A DNA stretch of 64,000 nt from an uncultured Acidobacteriota bacterium. Lineage in GTDB: Bacteria; Acidobacteriota; Thermoanaerobaculia; UBA5066; Gp7-AA6. Below, piece by piece: positions 26,972-36,978 of this stretch; the stretch's first letter is position 1; each line of letters opens with the position of its first letter. The notes beneath the pieces were generated by a model. It worked only from the letters and a program-made list of their open reading frames with translations, searched no databases and was not told the DNA's origin. The stretch spans positions 384,001 through 448,000 of the forward strand of contig CAVXTP010000006.1 in assembly GCA_963764715.1 (NCBI GenBank). Reading direction: 5' to 3'. The translations under genes and the position numbers were made by a program.

Positions 26972-28453
26972 CTACTTTGCCGCCACGACGACGCCCGGCG
27001 GGTTCCAGGTCCCTTCGCCCGGCGGCAGGATCGACGGCGGGGTGTCCCTGGGCCAGTACAGGCGCATCACGAGGTAGATGGTGTCGTTCGGCGCCGGCAG
27101 CCAGTTGGATTCCTTCGCCTTTCCGGGCGAGTCCTTCTGGATGTGCAGAGTCAGCGATCCGTCCGCGTTCTTCTTCATGCCGGACAACATCGGCGAGTTG
27201 ATGAGGTACCGGTCGATCGGGTTCTTGATCAGGAGCTGACTCTTTCCGTCGTACATCGTCACCGACCAGAAGGCATTCACCGGCGGGAGCTGGCCGGCCG
27301 GGAAAGTCAGCGTGTAGTCGTGCTTGCTGCCGTCGAGCGTTTCGCCCGTGGCGTCCGTGCGGGTATAGGGGTACATCGCTTCCACGGCATCGTTCCCGTA
27401 GATGCCCCCCTTGGCGGCGGCGGCTCGCTTGAGCCAATCGCCCTTGTAGAAGGCCTGGTCGCCGAAGAAGGCGCCGATGCGCCAGCCGTTGACGCTTTTC
27501 ATGCCGCCGGCCAGCCACTTCTCGACCTTGTCGTCGCCCTGCTTCATGCCCAGCAGGACGGCCGCCTTGTGTTCCGCGGAGAGGTCCTTGAAGTCGAAGG
27601 TCTTCCCCGGACCGACTCCGATGCTCGCCAGCTTCGCGCGGACGTCCTTGTCCTCGGCCGACGGGGGCACGAACTGGAGGGCGGCGTCCAGATACTCGTA
27701 GAAGTTCGCCTTGATTCCCTCGGTGGTGGCAGGAACGAAGTCGATCTTCGGCGCGGGAGGCGGGGCGGGCTGTTTGAGGAATGCCGACAGCGGCCGCGCC
27801 TTGTATCCCGCCTGGATCTTTTCGACGTTCCCCATGTCGGCGGGATTGAAGAGCTGGGTCCGGAAGAGCGTCAGCGCGAAGGGTGTCGTCGAGGAGAAGA
27901 CCTTCTCGATCCCTTTCGGAGTCTCGCCCTTCCAGCCGGGGCCCACCACCAGGTAGTCGCCCGCCTTGTTCCCCGTCGCGCGGCTCCCGATGTAGCCGAA
28001 GTTGTAGGTGTTTCCGTCGATCAGCTGCACCGAGTAGTAGCGGTTCTTCGGGACGGCCGGAACCGAGACGACCATCGGCTCGGCCCGGAGATCCATCCAG
28101 GCCACGGAGTAGGGCGTGTCGCTGTTCGGAGTGATGACCGCCGTGTCTTCCGGGGTGGCGACGCGATGCGCGTTGTTGATCTCGTTGAAGGGCGCCTTGA
28201 ACTGGCTGGACCTGGTGTCGACGGCGAATTCGTTCATGACCGCGTAGTTCATGACGAGCGGGAGGCCGTAGACGAAGCCCTCCTCGGCGATCGCCTTCGC
28301 CTCCTCGATGCTCGGAGCCGGGACGCCCTTCGTCACGTCCCGCTTCTCGGCCTGGGAGATCACGTCGTTCTTCTTCTGGCAGCCCGTGAGCAGGGTCGTC
28401 GAGGCGGCGAGAACGCCCAGCCATTTCATGGATGTCGAGAGTCCAAGGTTCAT
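26972..28453 (-). CDS. DUF1254/DUF1214 lipoprotein
   Basis: Lipobox LTGC; TPNSDTPYS, FWSVTMYD, NWLPAP, MRLYWP. Confidence 0.9.
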   Translation of the reverse strand: MNLGLSTSMKWLGVLAASTTLLTGCQKKNDVISQAEKRDVTKGVPAPSIEEAKAIAEEGFVYGLPLVMNYAVMNEFAVDTRSSQFKAPFNEINNAHRVATPEDTAVITPNSDTPYSVAWMDLRAEPMVVSVPAVPKNRYYSVQLIDGNTYNFGYIGSRATGNKAGDYLVVGPGWKGETPKGIEKVFSSTTPFALTLFRTQLFNPADMGNVEKIQAGYKARPLSAFLKQPAPPPAPKIDFVPATTEGIKANFYEYLDAALQFVPPSAEDKDVRAKLASIGVGPGKTFDFKDLSAEHKAAVLLGMKQGDDKVEKWLAGGMKSVNGWRIGAFFGDQAFYKGDWLKRAAAAKGGIYGNDAVEAMYPYTRTDATGETLDGSKHDYTLTFPAGQLPPVNAFWSVTMYDGKSQLLIKNPIDRYLINSPMLSGMKKNADGSLTLHIQKDSPGKAKESNWLPAPNDTIYLVMRLYWPRDTPPSILPPGEGTWNPPGVVVAAK

Positions 28454-28640
28454 GCTCGTCCTTTTTCAGATCGCCGTTCTTGTTTTTTTCCGTTCCCATT
28501 CGTCGCGGGCGCACGGATGGCCCGTGTTCGGTTCGCCATCATGTCACCGGCGGACGAAGTGCCGCAATCGCCGCGCGGACGGCGCCCCGCACTGCGATAC
28601 GCTCGCTCTTCCAGCGCACTCGAAACGAGGAGATCTGCCA

Positions 28641-30542
28641 ATGCCATCCCGCGCCCTCGACGGACTCAGCGCATCGGCCGGCCGAGTCGCCGGGATGCTC
28701 CTCGCCGCGGTCGGAGTCGCCGCGACGGCGCCCGCCCAGTCGATCACGGACTTTCCGGTGACGACGTCGAACAGCCAGCCCGCCGGAATCACGGCCGGGC
28801 CCGACGGCAACCTGTGGTTTACGGAGTTCGGCGTCGGCAAGGTCGGACGAATCACGACGGCCGGCACGGTCACCGAGTTCCCCGCGGCGGGCAACCCCCA
28901 GCTCATCACGGTCGGCGCCGACGGAAAGCTCTGGTTTCCGGAGGTCACGGTCGACAAGATCGGGCGGATGACGACCGCCGGAGGTTACGACGACTTTCCG
29001 GTCCTGACCGCCTCGCCCGGTCTCGTCGGCGTCGCCACGGGCTCCGACGGCAACGTCTGGTTCGTCGAGGGCGGCGCCGGCAAGGTCGGGCGCATCACGA
29101 CGGCCGGCGTCGTGACCGAGTTTCCGGCCCCGAGCGGCCCCGTGCTGCTTCAGATCGCGAGCGGCCCGGACGGCAACCTCTGGTTCACCGAGTTCAGCGC
29201 CGGCAAGGTCGGACGGATCACGACGGTCGGGGCCATCACGGAGTTTCCGGTGCCCTTCGTCGGCAGCCAGCCCCAGGGAATCACCGCCGGACCCGACGGC
29301 AACCTCTGGTTCACGGACACCGGAACGAACAGCATCGGCCGCATGACCACCACGGGAGCCGTGACCGAGTTCCCGATCCCGACCGGCTCGGCCAATCTGC
29401 TCGGCATCACGACCGGGCCGGACGGCAACCTCTGGTTCGCCGAGGCCGCGACGAACAAGATCGGCCGCATCACGACGGCCGGAGTCGTCACCGAGTTCCC
29501 GATCCCGACCGCCGGCTCCGCTCCGGTCGCGCTTGTGAGCGGACCCGACGGCAACGTGTGGTTCACCGAGACCAGCGGCAACAAGATCGGGCGGGTGACG
29601 CTCGGATCCCTGACGCCTCAGCCGGCGTCGGTCGACGCGCACTCGGCGACGGGGACGACCTCCAACGTCAACGGCGTTCTCGAGCCCGGCGAAAGCGTCG
29701 AGGTCTCTCCGGCGTGGCACAACACGCTCGGGGGGGCGCAGAGCGCCACCGGAACCGCGGTCAGCCTCACCGGCCCTCCAGGACCGACCTACACGATCAA
29801 CGACGCCGCCGCCGACTACGGGTCGGTCGCGGGCGGCGCTACGGTCGAGTGTCACGACGCCACCGGCGACTGCTATCGCATTACGGTCTCGGGGGTCCGT
29901 CCCGCGCAGCACTGGGACGTGGTGCTGACGGAGAACCTGAGCGCCGACCAGATCAAATGGGCCCGGCTCGTGCACGTCGGCAACAGCTTTGCCGACGTGC
30001 CGACCACCAACCAGTTCTACCGTTTCATCGAAGATCTCTTCCACAGCGGCGTTTCGGCAGGTTGCAGCGGCGGTAACTATTGTCCGAGCGGCACGGTTTC
30101 CCGGGCGCAGATGGCGGTGTTCCTTCTCAAGGGCAAGCTCGGACCGAGCCACGTCCCGCCGCCCGCCACCGGGACCGTCTTCGCCGACGTTCCGGCGGGA
30201 AGCTTCGCGGCCGACTGGATCGAGGAGCTCGCCGCGCTCCAGATCACCGGAGGCTGCGGAGGAGGGAACTACTGCCCCGGCCAGCCCGTGACCCGCGCCC
30301 AGATGGCCGTGTTCCTTCTGAAGTCCGAGCATGGACCGGCGTATTCGCCGCCGGCCTGCGCGGGGATCTTCGCCGACGTCGCGTGTCCTTCGACGTTCGC
30401 CGACTGGGTGGAGCGGCTCCAGGCCGAGGGAATCACGGCGGGCTGCGGGGGCGGCAACTACTGCCCGACCGATCCGAACATCCGCGGGCAGATGGCCGTA
30501 TTCCTCGTCAAGATCTTCGGGCTGCCGCTGTACCCGCCCTGA
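28641..30542 (+). CDS. Secreted Vgb-like beta-propeller protein with C-terminal SLH-like repeats
   Basis: Seven GPDGNLWFTE-type repeats; three FADV...GCGGGNYCP...RAQMAVFL repeats. Confidence 0.88.
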   Translation: MPSRALDGLSASAGRVAGMLLAAVGVAATAPAQSITDFPVTTSNSQPAGITAGPDGNLWFTEFGVGKVGRITTAGTVTEFPAAGNPQLITVGADGKLWFPEVTVDKIGRMTTAGGYDDFPVLTASPGLVGVATGSDGNVWFVEGGAGKVGRITTAGVVTEFPAPSGPVLLQIASGPDGNLWFTEFSAGKVGRITTVGAITEFPVPFVGSQPQGITAGPDGNLWFTDTGTNSIGRMTTTGAVTEFPIPTGSANLLGITTGPDGNLWFAEAATNKIGRITTAGVVTEFPIPTAGSAPVALVSGPDGNVWFTETSGNKIGRVTLGSLTPQPASVDAHSATGTTSNVNGVLEPGESVEVSPAWHNTLGGAQSATGTAVSLTGPPGPTYTINDAAADYGSVAGGATVECHDATGDCYRITVSGVRPAQHWDVVLTENLSADQIKWARLVHVGNSFADVPTTNQFYRFIEDLFHSGVSAGCSGGNYCPSGTVSRAQMAVFLLKGKLGPSHVPPPATGTVFADVPAGSFAADWIEELAALQITGGCGGGNYCPGQPVTRAQMAVFLLKSEHGPAYSPPACAGIFADVACPSTFADWVERLQAEGITAGCGGGNYCPTDPNIRGQMAVFLVKIFGLPLYPP

Positions 30543-30642
30543 TCGGCGCGGGCGACCGACCTGCGCCGGGAGTAGAGTTGGGCGCACGGTCACGGAATGA
30601 AAGTTCCGAAAGAGCCACGCTGACACCCCCTGATCCGCCGAC

Positions 30643-33291
30643 ATGAGTCTGAGTGCGGGAACACGGCTGGGCTCCTACGAGATCCTCGCGCCGATCGGCG
30701 CGGGAGGCATGGGCGAGGTCTACAGGGCGCGGGACGCGAAGCTCGAACGCGACGTTGCCATCAAGGTGCTCCCGGCCCACCTGACCTCGAACACCGACGC
30801 GCTCGGCCGCTTCGAACGCGAGGCCAAGTCGGTCGCGTCGCTGTCCCACCCGAACATTCTCGCCATTCACGACTTCGGGACCGAGGGCGGCGTCACCTAC
30901 GCCGTCATGGAGCTGCTCGAAGGCGAAACGCTACGCTCGAAGCTCGAAGCGGGGGCCCTCTCTCCGAAGCAGGCGGTCGACTTCGCGCAGCAGATCGCCC
31001 GGGGCCTCTCCGCCGCGCATGAGAAAGGCGTGATCCACCGCGACCTGAAGCCTGAAAACGTCTTCGTCGGCCGGGACGGGCACGTGAAGATCCTCGACTT
31101 CGGCCTGGCCAAGCGGATCGAGGCGGCCGCGACGGACGAACAGACGAGCGCCCCGACGGCCACCGGCCTGACGGAGCCCGGCACGGTGATGGGAACCGTC
31201 GGCTACATGTCGCCCGAACAGGTGCGCGGACTTCCGCTCGATCACCGCTCGGACATCTTTTCGTTCGGAGCGATCCTCTACGAGCTCCTGTCGGGCAAGA
31301 AGGCGTTCGCAAGGCCCACGGCCGCCGACACGATGTCGGCGATCCTGAAGGAGGACCCTCCGCAGCTCTCGGGCTCCAGCGCGAACGTCCCGCCCGCCCT
31401 CGAACGGGTGATGCGGCGCTGCCTCGAAAAGGAGCGCGGGAACCGCTTCCACTCGGCCAAAGACCTCGGCTTTGCGCTGGCGGAAGCCTCGGGACCGGCG
31501 CCGAGCTTCGCGGGTCCATCGGTCGCGCCTTCCCGAACGACGCTTCGGAAGGTCCTGGTCGCCGCGGCCGTCGCCGGGCTGGCGCTCGTCGGATTCCTCT
31601 ACTTGCAACGTTCACGGCGGCCCGCCGATGACGCCGTCAAACGGGTGGCCGTCCTTCCTTTCGAGAACCTGGGCGCACCGGACGACGAGTACCTCGCCGA
31701 CGGGATCTCCGACGAGATCCGGGGGAAGCTGACTTCGTTGCCAGGCGTCGCGGTCATCGCACGCGGCAGCTCCAAACCCTACAGGAAGACGACGAAGTCC
31801 CCCGACCAGATCGCGCGCGAGCTCGGCGTGCGCTACCTCCTGACCGCGACCGTCCGCTGGGAGAAGGGCGACGGCGGACAGCGCGTCCACGTCAGCCCCG
31901 AGCTGACCGAGATCTCGGGAACCGGCGCGCCGACGTCCCGCTGGCAGCAATCGTTCGACGCCGTCTGGACCGACATTTTCCAGGTGCAGTCGGAGATCGC
32001 GGCGCGGGTGGCACACGCCCTGGGCCTGGAGCTCGGCTCGGGCGAGGCGAAGCGCCTCTCGGAGAAACCCACGCAGAACCTCGCCGCCTACGATGCATTC
32101 CTCAAGGGCGAGGGCCAGTTCAACATCGGCCTCCAAGCGTCCAATATGCGGCAGGCGCTCGGCTATTACGAGCAGGCCGTCGCTCTGGACCCGGGCTTCG
32201 CCCTGGCGTGGGCGAGGGTCGCGCGGACGGGAGCGTTCCTCTATTCCTGGGCGAGAACGCCCGAGCTCGCGCAACGAACCCGCGAGGCGGCGGAAAAGGC
32301 CATCGCGCTGGCTCCGAACCTGCCGGAGGGACACAGCGCGCTCGGCTCCTACCAGGGGCTCGTCCTCGGCGACATCCGCCAGGCGCTGGAGCAGCACAAC
32401 AAGGCCCGGAGCATGGCGCCCGGAAACGCCGACGCTCTCTTCGCCACCGGGGCCGCCGAGTACGGCCTGGGCCTCTTCGAGGCGTCCATCGGCCACCTTC
32501 GCGAAGCCGAGCGGCTCGATCCCCAAAGCGTGCTCGTCAAGGAACGGCTGGCAGCCTCGCTCGTGGCGCTGCGGCGATATTCCGAGGCGCGCGACATCTA
32601 CGGACGCGGACTCACCGTCTCGCCCAGGAACCTCCGAATGCTGCTCGGCAAGATCAGCACGTACGTCGAGGAGGGAGACCTGGCCGGCGCGCGCGAGGCA
32701 ATCCGAAGGGCTCCGCCGCAGCTCGAGCCCACGTCGATCGTCGCCGCCGTCGCCGTGTCCGGAGACATGGTCTGGATCCTCGAGAAAGACCAGCGCCAGC
32801 TCCTCGAACGGCTGACGCCGAGCGCCTTCGACGACGACCGTGCGGTTTGGGCGCTCACCCTCATGCAGGCCTACGCGCTCGACGGGAACGCCGAGGCCAC
32901 GCGGGCCCACGCGGAGGAAGCCCGAAAGGCGCTCGAGGAGCAGATCGCCACGAGGCTCTCCGAACCACTCCGCCACGTCAGTCTGGGTCTCGCGCTCGCG
33001 CATCTCGGCCGGAAAGAGGAGGCCGTCCGGGAAGGACAGCGCGCCTCGGATCTCGTCTCGGGAGCGGGCACGATCATGGAAGCGTACGTCCGCCATCTGC
33101 GCGCCCGGATCTATCTCCTCGCGGGCGAGCCGGAGAAGGCGCTCGACCAGCTCCAGCCGCTGTCCGCGAACCAGTTCGTCGTCTCCCCCGGGCGCCTGAA
33201 GATCGATCCCGACTTCGATTCTCTGCGCGGCAATCCGCGCTTTCAGAAGCTCGTCGCGTTAAAGCCCGCGCCGGTGGGGACGGGAACCTAG
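30643..33291 (+). CDS. Ser/Thr protein kinase with TM segment, TolB-N-like domain and TPRs
   Basis: GAGGMGEVY, VAIK, HRDLKPEN, DFG, YMSPEQ; VAVLPFENL; TPR helices. Confidence 0.93.
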   Translation: MSLSAGTRLGSYEILAPIGAGGMGEVYRARDAKLERDVAIKVLPAHLTSNTDALGRFEREAKSVASLSHPNILAIHDFGTEGGVTYAVMELLEGETLRSKLEAGALSPKQAVDFAQQIARGLSAAHEKGVIHRDLKPENVFVGRDGHVKILDFGLAKRIEAAATDEQTSAPTATGLTEPGTVMGTVGYMSPEQVRGLPLDHRSDIFSFGAILYELLSGKKAFARPTAADTMSAILKEDPPQLSGSSANVPPALERVMRRCLEKERGNRFHSAKDLGFALAEASGPAPSFAGPSVAPSRTTLRKVLVAAAVAGLALVGFLYLQRSRRPADDAVKRVAVLPFENLGAPDDEYLADGISDEIRGKLTSLPGVAVIARGSSKPYRKTTKSPDQIARELGVRYLLTATVRWEKGDGGQRVHVSPELTEISGTGAPTSRWQQSFDAVWTDIFQVQSEIAARVAHALGLELGSGEAKRLSEKPTQNLAAYDAFLKGEGQFNIGLQASNMRQALGYYEQAVALDPGFALAWARVARTGAFLYSWARTPELAQRTREAAEKAIALAPNLPEGHSALGSYQGLVLGDIRQALEQHNKARSMAPGNADALFATGAAEYGLGLFEASIGHLREAERLDPQSVLVKERLAASLVALRRYSEARDIYGRGLTVSPRNLRMLLGKISTYVEEGDLAGAREAIRRAPPQLEPTSIVAAVAVSGDMVWILEKDQRQLLERLTPSAFDDDRAVWALTLMQAYALDGNAEATRAHAEEARKALEEQIATRLSEPLRHVSLGLALAHLGRKEEAVREGQRASDLVSGAGTIMEAYVRHLRARIYLLAGEPEKALDQLQPLSANQFVVSPGRLKIDPDFDSLRGNPRFQKLVALKPAPVGTGT

Positions 33292-36200
33292 AGACCGAAC
33301 GTCTTGACGAGGAACACCGCCATCTGCCCGCGGGTGTTCGGGTTCCCGGGACAGTAATCGCCGCCTCCGCAGCCCCCGGTGATCTTCTCGGCCGCGAGCT
33401 GCTCGATCCAGTTCGCGAAGAGGCTCGGACAGGCGACATCGCCGAAGACTCCGGTGCACTCGGGAGGCTGGTACGCCGCGCCGTGCCTGGCCTTCAGCAG
33501 GAAGACCGCCATCTGAGCGCGCGTGACCGGGCTCGCCGGACAGTAGTCGCCGCCACCGCATCCGGCCGTGATGCCCTCGGCCGCGAGCTGTTCGATCCAG
33601 TCGGCGAAGAGGCTCGGACAGGGAACGTCTCCGAACACACCTGAACACGGTGGCGGAACGTAGGTCGATCCATGCTCCGACTTCAGGAGAAAGACCGCCA
33701 TCTGCGCGCGCGTAACGGAGGCCTCGGCGCAGTAGCTGCCCCCACCGCATCCGGCCGTGATGCCCCGCCGGAAGATCTCTTCGACGAAGTCGTGGAAAGG
33801 GTCGAGCTGCGGAACATCGAGGAAGTCAGCGAAGTAGGCATCAGGACGTGTCGCCGTCGCGGCACTGAGACCCGGGTTCGTAACCGCTACGTCGTTCAGG
33901 GTGCCGGGTGACAGCGAGGGCGTAAGGAGATAGATGAACGTCGGATCCATAACTATCGGATCCGTTCCGACGGTTCCTCCAACGGCCACCGTCGCGTCCG
34001 ATCCGAAGCCGCCTCCGACGATGTCGATCGCTGCGCCGCCGGAGGCAGGCCCGGAGGTCGGCGTCACTTCATTGACCGCCAGGCCTGCATCGGTCAGCCG
34101 GAAGATCACACCGTCTCCGAAAGGGCCGCCTCCCGCCGTTCCGTACAGAAAACCGTCGTGCGCCTGGATGAGCGCGCGATCGGATGCATTCCGTCGACGC
34201 CGTTGAAGGTGTGAAGAAGGTGGAAGTCGCCCGAGGAATCCAGCCGAAAGCAATCGTACCCCGCGACGTGCTCCCCACCATCGCTCCGTCGTCCCGTATA
34301 GGGCATAGCCGTCTGGAAGGTGGACTCCGAGCAGAGGAGCGGAAGCGCTTTGGCCGTCGGTGCCGTCGAAGCTGTGCAGCGTTTCGAGGTCGTCGCTATC
34401 GACTGGGATCTTGAAGATCGTCCCAAACCCCTCGCTGCCGCCGTACTGCGTCGTGCCGAACAAGATTCCATCCAGGTTGAGGAGGCCTGCCGCGGGACGA
34501 CCGCCGTCAATCTCATCGCCGGGGAAGCTGTATTGCCGCACGATTCCGTCCTCGACGCTCATGCTGAAGACGATCCCCCAACCGGCGTTACCGCCATCGG
34601 AGGTCGTGCCATAGAACTTGCCGTTGACTTCGACGAGATCGCCGTTCGGGTCGGCTCCATTGACCCACGGATCGAAAGGCCACAGCGTGGCGAAATTCCC
34701 CGACGCGTCGATTCGCAATGTACTGTTAGCCATAGGTATAATTTATAAGGGATGGAATGCTCCACGCGCCGTTCAGGCCATAACTGGTCGTGCCGTAGAA
34801 CCAACCGTCGGACGCCTGGATGAGTCCTGAAAGAGTCCAGCCTTCCGTCGCGCTCATGACATGTAGCGTCGTCACACTTGCGTCATCTTCCATCCGAAAG
34901 ATCGTTCCGTATCGGGTGTCACCGACGCCGCTCGTCGTTCCATAGAAGTGCCCGTCCGCGGCCTGCATGAGCGATGGGCTCGTGCCGTCTGCCCCGTTGA
35001 AGCTATGAATCAGACGCACGCCTAAGACATTCGATCAGCCAAAATCAATACGTACGCATTAAGCCGTCGAGTTCGCTCCCCGCTCCCGTCCGGGTCCCGT
35101 CGAAATCGAAGCCGAAAATCGTGCCAAAGTCGTTCGTCCCTCCAAACGCCGTGGTTCCATAGAGGTGACCGTCCGTAGATTGGATAAGCGAACCTGGCAG
35201 CACACCATTCGTCCACGTGAGCTCGTGGAGAGTGGTGACATCGCCAGAGAGGCTCATTTTGAAGACGGCTCCCGCGATGTACGTATAGTCGGCGCCGATC
35301 CGGTCGGCGTCGGTCGTACCGAACAGGTTGCCGTCGGACGCCTCGACGAGGGCGCTCCGAGGGTGAGCGCCGTCGCTTCCCGTGAAGCTGTGCACCGTGG
35401 TCAGGTCTCCAGAGGTCTCGACTTTGAAAACAGTGCCCCAACCGCCCGACCAAGTGTCTCCGCGTGAGGTCGTGCCGTAAAGGCCGCCGTCTGAGGCCTG
35501 GATGAGGGCGGCTTCGGGGTACGCGCCGTCTGCGAGGTTGAAGCTGTGGAGGGAGCTGAATCCTCCTGAGGGATCCACCCGAAACACCGTTCCCAGCTGG
35601 CTGGTCCCGCCCCCAACGGTCGTGCCGTAGAAATTGCCATCGGCGGCCTCCACGAGGGCAGCGACCGGACGGGCTCCGTCCCCGAACTTGAAGCTGTGGA
35701 GCGTGACGACGTGGCTTGCGGAATCCATGGAGAAGACCGAGCCCTCGTCGTACGACCCGCCCCAACTCGTGGTGCCGTAGATCAGGCCGTCAGTGGCCTG
35801 GATGAGTTCGCCCGCAGGCCGCGCGCCGTTCACATACCGATTGAAGTGGTGGAGCGTCGTGAGATCTCCGGAGGTGTCGATCTGGAAGATCGTTCCCACC
35901 TCGTGTGCTCCGCCAGAATTGGTCGTGCCGTAGAACATGCCGTCGGAGGCCTGCATGAGACCGGCGTACGGGTTCTCGCCGTCCGTGCCTGTGAAGCTGT
36001 GGAGCCTGGTGACGTTTCCGAGGAAGTCCATCTTGAAGACCACGCCCAGGTTGTTCGTCCCACCCTTGGATGTCGTCCCATACAAGGTGCCATCGGACCC
36101 TTGGACTAGCCCGGCAATGGGGTTGGCCCCATCGGCGTAGCCGAAGCTATGGACGGAAATCAGGTTCCCCTGGGAATCGACCCTAAAGATCGTGCCGACT

Positions 36201-36460
36201 CCGTTCTTCCCGCCCCCGCACGTCGTGCCGTAGAAGTACCCGTCGTCAGCGTGAATTAGGCTGCTGTTCTGCTTCTCTCCAAGCGGACACGAGTTTCCTG
36301 GGTTTCGAAAGGCGTAGACCAGCTCGTACGTCTCCTGCCCGCGCAACACGGGTGCGACGACTGAGATCGCCAGCGCGATCAAGACAACAGCCCACCCTGT
36401 GAACCCCTTCGCGAGTCCAGGTTCCCGATGAATTGTTCCCATAATGGCCCACCACCGCAT
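33288..36460 (-). CDS. Large beta-propeller repeat (choice-of-anchor GloVer-like) surface protein with IPT/TIG and SLH-like domains; interrupted in this sequence
   Basis: Repeats LIQASDG.LYGTT..GG...GTIF...LHSF across ORFs 35045..36460, 34726..35019, 33288..34733; VTPTSGPASGG; three SLH-like repeats; breaks near 35020-35090, 34725-34760, 34285, 34175. Confidence 0.8.
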
Positions 36461-36576
36461 CGATCCTTACGCCGCACGGCGGGCGGCGTCGTGATGCAAA
36501 CGGATCTTTGTCGAGACTTCGAACGGTCTCAACATCGACTGCTGCGCCTCCGAGGGCGCGGCCGACGTCCGGCCGG

Positions 36577-36939
36577 CTACTTCCCGAGAAGCTTGTTCAG
36601 CTCCTTACGCATGTCATCCACGCTGACGTCGTGGTCCGGCTGTTTCCAGAGGACCTTGCCGTCGGCCGAGCGGATCACCATTCCGTGGTTCTCGAACCCG
36701 AGGGAGCGGACGATCTTCTTGTTCTCTTCGGTGGTGGCGTCGAGGTTCTGTCCGCGGACCCGTCCCTTGTACTCCTGCTCCAACCCGCTCACGGCGGGCT
36801 TGATCCTGGCGCAGATCGGTCAGCCGGGAAGGAAGTAGAAGGTCACCTGCAGGGGCGCCGTCGTCTCCGGCAGACCCGGGGCCCACGCGGCCACGAGAGC
36901 GAAGAGGGCGGCGAAGAAAAACGAGCGTCGAGTCGTCAT
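36577..36939 (-). CDS. Exported thioredoxin-like selenoprotein candidate (UxxC), 120 aa
   Basis: AGGAG RBS, ATG 36939, signal peptide, VTFYFLPG-TGA(36820-36822)-PIC-ARIKPAVSGLEQEYKGRV in frame with ORF 36577..36792; downstream hairpin. Confidence 0.85.
36781..36802 (-). promoter_or_regulatory. Putative bacterial SECIS hairpin
   Basis: mRNA CAAGCCCGC-CGUGA-GCGGGUUG; loop starts 26 nt after the UGA with G at loop position 2. Confidence 0.65.
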
Positions 36940-36978
36940 GCTCAATCTCCTGATTCGGCGGCTGTCCGTGGGTAAAGC

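Noticed and set aside
28740-29610. CRISPR-like periodic repeats
   Set aside because: About 126-nt coding beta-propeller repeats with synonymous variation; no spacers or cas genes.
28641-30542. Streptogramin resistance gene vgb
   Set aside because: Secreted and SLH-tailed; only the propeller fold is shared.
30580-30625. c-di-GMP riboswitch before the kinase
   Set aside because: Only a short hairpin; lacks the GEMM consensus.
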